NCBI GenBank assembly: GCA_951406725.2
Contig: OX597817.1
Location: 159,216,001-159,280,000 of the forward strand
Direction: 5' to 3'
Length of the DNA stretch: 64,000 bases
From: Octopus vulgaris
Lineage: Eukaryota
The notes under the pieces are model-generated. The model saw only the letters and a list, made by a program, of their open reading frames with translations. It was not told the DNA's origin and did not search any database. Shown one piece after another: positions 54,105 to 64,000 of the stretch (positions are counted from its first letter, which is position 1; every line of letters begins with the position of its first letter). The position numbers and the translations under genes were made by a program.

Positions 54105-54296
54105 CTGAAAGCCACATAGTATCATCGGATATTTCCACGATGATAGTCTGAATAATGGCAGTAGCTATCTGAACGGTTTGACATTTGTAGAGGCATCAAA
54201 CAAGGGGGGCGTCCTACACAATCATCTCTTCGAAATATTCTGTTTTCTTCGGAAGCAAACGTCAGGGACATCAAATAAAGGACATCTACGTGAGCA
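54105..54296 (-). other. Candidate exon (192 bp)
   Basis: Unique sequence; acceptor CTTACTTTACTGTTTTTAG and donor CAG|GTAAAC; no frame fully open. Confidence 0.3.
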
Positions 54297-54350
54297 CTAA
54301 AAACAGTAAAGTAAGTTCTGTCTCGAGTACCAGGCCTCATAGGGCCGGTT

Positions 54351-54903
54351 AGCAATTTTTTTTCCCCACGAGAGTTCTGGACCCCAGTAATGAACTCATT
54401 TGCATACAGCCAATCAGTGCTCACCTTCACCTTGTTGTCAAGTTAACAAACTCACTCTGCCAAGTAAACCCAAGACGAAGAACGGTGTTGTAAGTCGACC
54501 GGTCGCCAAGTTATGTCTGATTTTAGAAGGAGACGAGTAATTAGATAGATTTGCATCTATACCTATTATCGGATTTTGTTAGGGCCCCATATGGTAAAGA
54601 TGTGGATGGCAAAAATGTAGGTAGATGGTGATGTGCTAGCAAGTCTCTCCCATTACTGTTTTACAAAGTAAACAACAACAAAAATAACTACGCAGAGGCA
54701 GCCGTGGTTGAAACAAGTACAAGAACGACAAGCATTATTAAAAGAGAAAAGAAGTATGGTCATTCCTTACCCAAGTGACCTTATCTTATCGCCCATCACT
54801 TGTTATGCGCTCATGAATTAGTTTGGTAGTTGAGCTCTGATTGGCTGTATGCAAATGAGTTCCTAACTGGGGTCCGGAACTCTCGTAAGAAAAAAAATTT
54901 CGC
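54351..54903. mobile_element. MITE with ~70-bp TIRs and 8-bp TSD
   Basis: TSD GGCCGGTT (54343-54350, 54904-54911); 54354-54423 is the inverted copy of 54831-54900. Confidence 0.8.
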
Positions 54904-55032
54904 GGCCGGTTATTCGGTTTCCATGGCGTATAAGTGATCGAGATCACAACTTTCTCCCTGAATACGACGCCAGCCAGTCGCAGGGGTTACTTATTTATAG
55001 CTGAGTTAACTGGAGCAACATGAAATGAAGTA

Positions 55033-55549
55033 TTAGGTTGTCCGGAAAGTTCATGCCGATTTTTAAAAGAAAGAAAAAGGCCAATAAATACTTGCCATTA
55101 CATTTTTAATCAACCAAATATGAACCATTTTGTTGCACATAGCATCTCCATCTTTCCTTTAACTTGAAAATACCGTCTTCCCAGAATTGAGGTAGCTTCG
55201 AAATTTTTACTATTAAGACTATTCTGCAGAGACCTGAATAAGTGGAAATCCGAAGGAGCAATATCTGGTGAATATGGAGGGTGGGGTAACACATCCCAGC
55301 CGAGCTGCAGCAATTTTTGTCTGGTTCCCAAAGCATCAAGTGCCGAAAATGAACTTACTTATCTTCCATTTTAAAGGGTTACAAAATTAACACAGGCTAT
55401 AGGAACATAAATCTTCTTCCACGAAAAGATAGTTTAAACTGCTCTAAATGGAGGTGTAGTCAAATACCATTTTATGGACTCAACCATGTTCTAAAATAAG
55501 TCGAAAGGTAAGCTACTATAAATCGGCACGAACTTTCCGGACAACCCAA
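55033..55549 (-). mobile_element. Internally deleted mariner element
   Basis: TA TSD; TIRs TTAGGTTGTCCGGAAAGTTC / GAACTTTCCGGACAACCCAA; peptide WDVLPHPPYSPDIAPSDFHLF (DD34D). Confidence 0.93.
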
Positions 55550-56137
55550 TATTTTACTCAAAAACACAACACATCACCCAGTTCAGATATCAAAACCACG
55601 ATTACAAGAATGTGAGAGCAACACCCTAAGCACTAAGCCACGCACCTTTACTCTTAAACAGAGGTAAATATTCAATCTCACTTGACAGAGAATAACAGCA
55701 GTGAAGGTGCGTAACCAAATACGTGTTTGAAAGTACCTACATTCGATGATGGTGATCAAAATACAGATTCGGTAGAGAATGTAGCTAATTATTATGTCGA
55801 TCTGTTATAAATTGAACTCAGTAAAATAGCTTCGATAGTAGAAGTCTGTTCCGACGAAGAAAATTTAAGCATCAGAAATGCCATTTAACATTTCGTTGCT
55901 CTCTAATAAACAATTAAATTCTTCAGAAATATGTTAAGAGGAGCTTGATGATGAGTTACAATTAAATAACTAAGAAGATAATCCATTATACAAGAACAAG
56001 AGTGAATAGTTTATTTGCAATATAAGAATGATTGTTATTTCCTTAAATGCTGTATAATACAATCGATTGATATGAACATCTCGACCCCTCAGACAAAGAA
56101 TTTAAAGTATTATATTTGTCGGTGTTAAAGATGCGCT

Positions 56138-56249
<112 letters not shown>

Positions 56250-56729
56250 CTCCCTGTGTTTGTGAAATCTTGTATCCCTGCCGAAAGGCTTCATTTCCAC
56301 ACACACCAGCTTAATTTAATTCGTTCTTAGTCGAAAGACACCTGTTGTTATGTCGTGTTATTATTCTTATTGTATTTGTGTAACATCGTCCATTTTTTCC
56401 CCGCCCTTGTTTTTGCATACATTCGCTGCTTTCTTCCAAGGAATATATTTGCTCTTAGCTTAGTTTTTCCTTGGGGCTGGCCAGATTGGAGCAATCTCAA
56501 GAATAATCAGCCGAAATTGCGAAGATAGTCTAGTACTTGACTGAGGAAATAAAACTTCGAATGACCTGTCCTTGTTTTCTGTGTATCGTCTATCTGGATG
56601 TTTTGTTGTCCCATTTTTGTATCACCTAACTGTCCACATGTTTTGCGTTCCTGTCCCATTTTGTATACTCTTTTTTTTTCTCTTTTACTTGTTTCAGTCA
56701 TTTGACTGCGGCCATGCTGGAGCACCGCC

Positions 56730-56777
<48 letters not shown>

Positions 56778-57207
56778 CACACATGTATGTATGTATGTAT
56801 GTATGTATGTATGTATGTATGTATGTATGTATTGTCCAGCGTCTAATGTGGCCGTATTGTGGTTGGGAGACCGAGCGCCCTAGGAGCCCGAGCCGGATAA
56901 GCATAAGTCTGCAAGGCACGATAACTGTTACAAATAATAAAATATTGAAAACTAGCTAAAATATTATAGTCTCTTAACACACGCACAAAATTGCTTACAG
57001 TAGGTTGGCAGTTACGTGGAGAGAACACGCCATCACATACTTCCTTCCTCAGCGTACATAACCCACAGTTGATGTGTGTTTTATTTAATGACTGTGTTGC
57101 CTTTAAGAAACATTTAAAATCTTATAAAGGGAAAATTCTCCAAGAAAGATGAAAGGCATGTGAAACTTACGTTTGGCTATCAGGTATTTACAGTGAGTGA
57201 TGATGAA

Positions 57208-57588
57208 ACACTCCGTCGGTTACGACGACGAGGGTTCCGGTTGATCCGAATCAACGGAACAGCCTGCTCGTGAAATTAACGTGTAAGTGGCTGAGCACTC
57301 CACAGATACGTGTACCCTTAACGTAGTTCTCGGGGATATTCAGCGTGACACAGAGAGTGACAAGGCCGGCCCTTTGAAATACAGGTACAACAGAAACAGG
57401 AAGTAAGAGTGAGAGAAAGTTGTGGTGAAAGAGTACAGCAGGGATCACCACCATCCCCTGCCGGAGCCTCGTGGAGCTTTTAGGTGTTTTCGCTCAATAA
57501 ACACTGACAACGCCCGGTCTGGGAATCGAAACCGCGATCCTATGACCGCGAGTCCGCTGCCCTAACCACTGGGCCATTGCGCCTCCAC
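57208..57588 (-). mobile_element. SINE family B
   Basis: Full length; TSD ATTTACA(G/A)TGAGT. Confidence 0.9.
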
Positions 57589-58777
57589 ATTTACAATGAG
57601 TACATGACAGCAAAATCATAGCAGTGGTGCACCACCCTGGTGGCCGATCGCGGTTAAGTAACACATGATTGCCAAAAATTCGAGTTTTGCATCCTGTGTG
57701 GCAATTCTCATGACTAATATATTAACAACTGTACAAATGATCTGAAAGAAGGTAAAGCTGAAATGCAGTACTCGTACAATGTAATTAATGTACATAATTC
57801 CTCATCTGTTAAAAATAGAACTGTACAAAATATTTTAACAATTTTTTAAGCAATTCCTAATAATATTTAATTATAAAAATTTAATGGGATTATTTAAGGC
57901 ATCGAATGGCTAGCGGGGTCCAGTAGAGTTGAATAGGAATCAAAGGATTCCATAGGCCCAAAATAGTTGAGAATCACTGTTGAAGAACTAGGTCGAAGTG
58001 ATGCAACTTTGATCTCTGTAAAAAAAGCATATTTGTTTTATTTTCGAATCAAATCAACAAATACTCCATTGATCTTCTCGCTAACAGAATGAACCAAGAA
58101 AGTATGGAAGAGCAAAAGAATAAAATTCTGACTGCAAGTATTTGAACTGTTTGTCTTTAATTTTGGATGCACTTCATTAATTTATAATTTTTACCACTAG
58201 AAACAAATTATATGAAAGAATGTCCCACTGCGCGGCACCTTGGACAAGGGTCTTCTGCTATGGTCCCTGGCCGACCAATATCTTGTGAATGAATTTGGTT
58301 AATGGAAACTGTGTGGAAGCCCTCACACAAATATCTGTGTGTGTTTGTGTTTGTGTATGTACTCACCACCACAAACACCTCTTGGCAACCAGCGTTGGCT
58401 CGTTTATGTTCCCGTAACTTAGAATGAGTACTAAACTTAAAAATAAGTACTGGAATCGATTTGTTCAGCCAAGACCCTTCAAGAGGGTCTCCCAGAAACA
58501 AGTAAAAGATTACTTCATCTGAAAAATACTCTACTTTCCGTCCAGAATCCGAACCCATGATAACTGAAACACCCAGTCAATCAAAAGAGACATTTCTATC
58601 ATAGAAATTAAATGTTGCCATTAAAAGGCTATTGAAAACAGTCAAGAAAGCATTGTCATCTTATGACCACCACCCACCACTCAAAAAATGCCAGTGATAA
58701 AAAATGTTTGAAGCTATTGGTCTTAGAATTCTTATTTTGCAACACCTGTTTCTTGCATTCATAATTATACCTCCAAC

Positions 58778-58995
58778 TAAGGCGGCAAACTGCCAGAATC
58801 GTTTGCACGCCGGACAAAATGCTTTGCAGCATTTCGTCTGTCTTCACGTTCTGAGTTCAAATTCCACCAAGGTTGAGTTTGCTTTTCATCCTTTTGGGGT
58901 CGATAAAATAAGTACCAGTTGAACAGTAGGGTCGATGTAATCGAATTAAATCCTCCTCCAGAATTACTGACCTTGTGCCAAAATTTGAAACTATT
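58778..58995 (+). mobile_element. Diverged SINE family C
   Basis: B box plus Meta-like domain; flanked by ATTATACCTCCA on both sides. Confidence 0.75.
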
Positions 58996-59334
58996 ATTAT
59001 ACCTCCATTTTCCCTCAAAGCAGAGAGAACCTTTTCTGCTGTAGGGCTCATTGCTACAAAATTGCGATCAGGTTTGATGCGACAGCATAATCAACAATAT
59101 ATGAGACAATAACATGAATCTGATTTAAATAGAATTTAATCAAAAGCTAGGATACTGGGAGCGGTTGAAAGCGCTACAACTCTACTCCAAGGGGAAAAAA
59201 CACGTGCAAGATAAACCGTGGTTTACACATAGACGATCCTTGAAAAATTCGCAGCAAATTTCAGTATTAAGAACTACATCAATTACCTGAACCGATTGGC
59301 ACAACACAGTCTCACAGGTACCACCTTCCCCATA

Positions 59335-59612
59335 GTGGTTAGAGCAGCAGACTCGCGGTCGAGGGATCGCGGGTTAGAATCTCAAACCGGGCGAGTTGTG
59401 TGTTTATGAGCGAAATGCCTAAGCTCCCCGCGGCTCCGGCAGAAGGTAATGGCGAACGTCTGCTGACTCCTTTACCACAACTTGCTCTCACTCTTTCCTC
59501 TTGCATCTTGCAGCTCACCTGCGACGGACCGGCGTCCCGTCCAGGTGGGGAACCTATACGCCAAGGAAACCGGGAAACCGGCCCTGATGAACCAGACATG
59601 ACTCGAGAAGGA
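59335..59612 (+). mobile_element. SINE family B variant
   Basis: Matches 35515-35807 and 3868-4080. Confidence 0.8.
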
Positions 59613-60192
59613 ACCTTCCCCACCGAAAGTCAGAAACACATACTGCGATAGTGAAGGTTTCAAAGGCCAATAGCTTTTCAATACCTTGCCAAAGAAATCG
59701 AGAAATTTACTGGGAATGGATATAAATGCATTCTAGAAGCACCTGGATTGTCTCCCATCTGGGATTCTAGAACAACAAGAATTACAACAGTCAGCAGTGG
59801 CAACAAATTACCCCATTCACCAAAAACTAAGTCTTGCAGAATCAGTATAAATTGTATAGGCAGTGCTCCAGCATGGCAGCAGCCCGTGGGCTAAAACTAA
59901 TAAAAGAATAAAAGACTATTCGGGACAATTTCGATCTTTTTTTTGTTTTTCGTTGCCAATTTTTTAATATCTTTTATATTTTACTTGTTTCGGTCATTAT
60001 TCTGCGGCCATGCTGAGGCACCGCCATGAAGAATTTTTTAGTTGAATGTATCGACCTCAATACTTATTTATTCTTAAACCTGGTACTTATTCTATCGGTC
60101 CTCCTTAGCAGAACCACCAAGTTACGGGGACGTAAACAAAACAACACCGGTTGTCAAGCAGTGATGAGTGACAAATGCACACACACACACAC

Positions 60193-60243
<51 letters not shown>

Positions 60244-60322
60244 TATACACATATATGCTAACTAACCATAGCGGATTCCTGCCTCCCAGAGTTGAAGAGT
60301 AATTTGTCTTCGGCTTTAGAGT

Positions 60323-60374
60323 CTGACGAGTCATCTAAGGGGCTAGGCCCTTTATGGATGCGAAATTATTGGTC
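60323..60374 (+). ncRNA. Hammerhead-ribozyme-like motif
   Basis: CTGACGA, long stem II (CATC..TAAGGG / CCCTTTA..GATG), GAAAT, TATTG, GTC; stem I weak. Confidence 0.4.
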
Positions 60375-60540
60375 GACATATACGATGGACTTCTTTCAGT
60401 TTCTGTATACCAAATCCTTTCACAATGCTTTGATCGGTCCGATGCTTCTGTAGAAGACACTCACTTGCTCGAAGTGTCATATATTGGAACTGAACTGTCA
60501 CCATGTAGTTAAGAAATAAACTTCTCAGCACACGTCCACT

Positions 60541-60760
60541 TTACTTTTTTTTTTTTACTTTTTTTACTTTTTTACTTGTTTCAGTCATTTGACTGCGGCC
60601 ATGCTGGAGCACCGCCTTTAGTCGAGCAAATCGACCCCGGGACTTATTCTTTGTAAGCCCAGTACTTATTCTCTCGGTCTCTTTTTGCCGAACCGCTAAG
60701 TGACGGGGACGTAAGCATACCAGCATCGGTTGTCAAGCAATGCTAGGGGGACAAACACAG

Positions 60761-60817
<57 letters not shown>

Positions 60818-60982
60818 TACGACAGGCTTCTTTCAGTTTCCGTCTACCAAATCCACTCACAAGGCATTGGTCGGCCCGGGGCTATAGCAGAAGACACTTG
60901 CCCAAGATGCCACGCAGTGGGACTGAACCCGGAACCATGCGGTTGGTTAGCAAGCTACTTACCACACTGCCACTCCTGCGCC
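60541..60982 (-). mobile_element. SINE family A, full length
   Basis: Family match. Confidence 0.9.
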
Positions 60983-61682
60983 GGCACATTTTTTAAAAAT
61001 TAATTTTTGCTACGATTCTTGCTTTCTCGAATCCAAAATTCCTAATAAGAGAATTAAAAGCTGTAACATAAAATTTCGGGGTATATTTCCCGAAAATTCC
61101 CAAGAATCTTAGGGATTTTATACTTCTCACTTCTCATTTCCACTGAAGGATGAGTTTCGGTCACGACTTTATAATTCACCTCGGTTACGTTTTATTCTAG
61201 AAAGACAAAGAATCAAGATGTTTTTACAACGTTCTGTAATGTTTGTAATGTCTGCGAATGTTTGGCTCACCGCAGAGATGCTTGAGTCATCTCATCAGAT
61301 TGCATGCTGGCATCGGGAGCTTTCAGGTAAGCAAGTGGGTCATAGGATTTAACTGCTGGAGTTTCGCTGCTCAGCAACAAACTGCCGGACGTAAAGTTCT
61401 TGAGCCGTTCCCGAAACACGTACATACACACACACACACACACACACACGCTCTCTCTCTCTCTCTCTGTCTCTCTGTCTCTCTCTCTGTCTCTCTCTCT
61501 GTCTCTCTCTCTGTCTCTCTCTCTGTCTCTCTCTCTCTCTCTAATCATATGATTATATGTGTGTATATGTATATTAGATTTTGTTGTGACAAGACCCAGA
61601 CATGTTCGACAAGTTGTAATAACTGGGTTAAAATGGAGAGAAGCCAAGAAAAAAAGAGAGCGAGCGAGTGGGAAAACAAGGA

Positions 61683-61738
<56 letters not shown>

Positions 61739-62499
61739 AAAAGAGTAGAGAGAGAGAGCAGTAGAAAGTGAGAAAAGAGCAGTGTGTGAACATGTAGAAA
61801 AACAGAGAAAAGGAAAAGGTCTAGGGGAGAGAAAACGAGAATAAAGAAACACTTAAGAAAGAAATGAAGAAAGTGAGGAGGGGGAAATGGTTAGAGGCAA
61901 GTATAGTGAAGGGGAGTAAGAGATGAAATGGGAGGGAGATATCAGAGGAAACTTCAGGCAAATAATCACGTGACAAGACCACACAAAGGTCTGATAAAGC
62001 GTGTCATACGTCAATTCCTACTTAACATTTCATATACCTTCACTCTACATTAAAGAGTAATTAACACTATTGACTGCCTCACGGTAGCTGTTCTGACTTT
62101 CTGTACTCTGAGTTCAAATCCTGCCAGGACCAGTTTTGCCTTGCTCTGGGGCTCTTGGTTTCGGGCTCGATAAGAAAACAAAAAAATACTGTTTAGGATG
62201 GATTGACGAAGTTGTTAAGGCACTGAATGAGTCTCCTCCATGTGGAAGAGTCGCTTTGGTTCTGTACATTCTGAGTTCAATTTCCTCGTCATAAAATAAA
62301 TAAATAGATAAATAAATAAATAAATAAATAAATAAAACATTTTGAAAGTGGTGACGCTTCTGCCGAAGTTGCATCCGACAGATAGCATCAATAATTGGGT
62401 AAAACCAACGGAGCTTTCTTGGTTCGACCAGAAAGATCGACTGCCCCCACTACTAAACACTACAGCACTATTGATTTCAATGAAGAGAAGATATGGTAG

Positions 62500-62740
62500 T
62501 GAAGACGCGTAGCTTAGTGGTTAAGAATATTAGACTCATGGTCGTAAGATTGTGGTTTCGATTCCTGGACCAGGCGATGCGTTGTGCTCTTGAGCAAAAC
62601 ATTTTGTTTCGCGTTACTCCAGTTCAGTCAGCAAGCAAAAAATGAGTACTTCTGCTGCGGACTGGCATCCTATCCAGGGGACAGTATATTCGCCAGAGAA
62701 TCCAGGAAAGTGGCCCAATGGGTCTATATGACTAGGAGAT
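62500..62740 (+). mobile_element. Diverged SINE family D
   Basis: AGCTTAGTGGTTAAG head, GGTTTCGATTCC, TTGAGCAAAAC core. Confidence 0.72.
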
Positions 62741-63784
62741 AAACTTTATTCATTTGTATCCTTTAAAATATGAAGTTCTTGTTAGGTAAGTCACAGGATG
62801 ACAAACAGTGGCCATAGTCTTTGCAGGCTTTCTTAACCTCATGGGCAGTGATGTGGCTCGGTGAAGGGTGAGGGGCCGATCAAACCTAGCTGATACTTTT
62901 ATGGAGGTGGCACTTTTGGCTGGTGGGGCCTGAGGTTGGAGGACCACAAACTTAAAGGCTGCTCTAGGAGGCACACGCTACACTGTACCACTGTTGTTGG
63001 AACTGACTGACAGCACATATAACCATCATGGTCTATGCTTCCGGAAAAAGAACCAAAAAAATGATTGGAGGAGTCTGGTTTAAAGGCTTGCGTGGATATA
63101 GTTGTGTGTTTTAGAAGTTCCCTTTACAACTATATAGTTTCGAGTTTGATAACACTGCACGCACCTTAGAGAAGGGTGAGGGAGACATAATAATGAATCT
63201 GAAGGAAGAGGTGTACGGTGGATCAAGAAATGGAAGAAAATGGTGTCTTGTACCATATCCTCGGATCGACCAACTCCTTGTGAGTGAAATTTGGTTCGCA
63301 AAGAGGCAATGTTTCGAGGAAGATGGTGCTGTTAAGTAACATGACAACGGATTAATATATCACTCAAAAACAAAAATGGTCTTTTCGATGACTTCCACTT
63401 AGCTCCTCCACTTATCTCGGTGGGGTTTCGGAATGTATCATCCGGTCGCGCTGCTTATACGGATTCCCGTAACTCTGTCGCCATCCAATTTTATTATAAA
63501 TTGAATTGAGAGCTTGAGTCGTATTGAATCTTTCATTAGCTGATTGCACAACGGTGGACGTCGCTCTTTTGAACTCATTGTAGTAACTCTGTTGATAGAG
63601 CTTGGTAATCCTGGCTGTTGATCTACGAATCTTCGGCTCAACATCAATGTAAGAAGCACCGTTGAGCTGCAGTTCCATGACTTCGTCGAATCCTTTGCAG
63701 GGCGGCTGAACTGGCGCAAAGCCTTGTCAAAGAGCAGCCCGTAACTATGCCGAGCACGGTCGTCTTTCCGTGTACCCTTTCGGA

Positions 63785-63865
<81 letters not shown>

Positions 63866-64000
63866 TGTGTGTGTGTGGTAAGATGGTGGTTTTCATTCCC
63901 AGTCCACTCGGATGTAAAAAGGTAATCCTGCGACGGACTGCCGTTCCGTTCAGGGATAAAGTTGGCCTACTCACCTACCCACCGGGTGGCATCATTCGAA

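Overview
AT-rich, repeat-saturated, non-coding animal DNA (intergenic or a very large intron). The SINE families and the density of (TA)n/(GT)n/(TATG)n microsatellites look like a coleoid cephalopod, probably Octopus; this is recognition, not a database result. No intact host protein-coding gene is supportable, and nearly all listed ORFs are microsatellite or SINE read-throughs. The window holds five dispersed SINE or SINE-like families (called A-E here, dozens of copies). It also holds decayed LINE-type elements (RTE/BovB-like, Dong/R4-like 3' end in (TAA)n, Penelope-like RT fragment) and decayed DNA transposons (Tc1, mariner, Tigger/pogo, Chapaev3-like, Merlin-like and hAT-like MITEs). Two Helitron-type elements and a 5'-truncated 5S rRNA copy are present. 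The most notable features are: an 84-bp palindrome with a hammerhead-ribozyme core on each strand, plus other hammerhead-like cores; a ~3-kb Helitron with unexplained cargo; head-to-tail SINE multimers bounded by a single TSD; a 5S rRNA abutting a SINE head; a 77-bp TSD; and candidate minus-strand exons and an orphan CpG-rich ORF. Coordinates were read by eye and may be off by a few bases.
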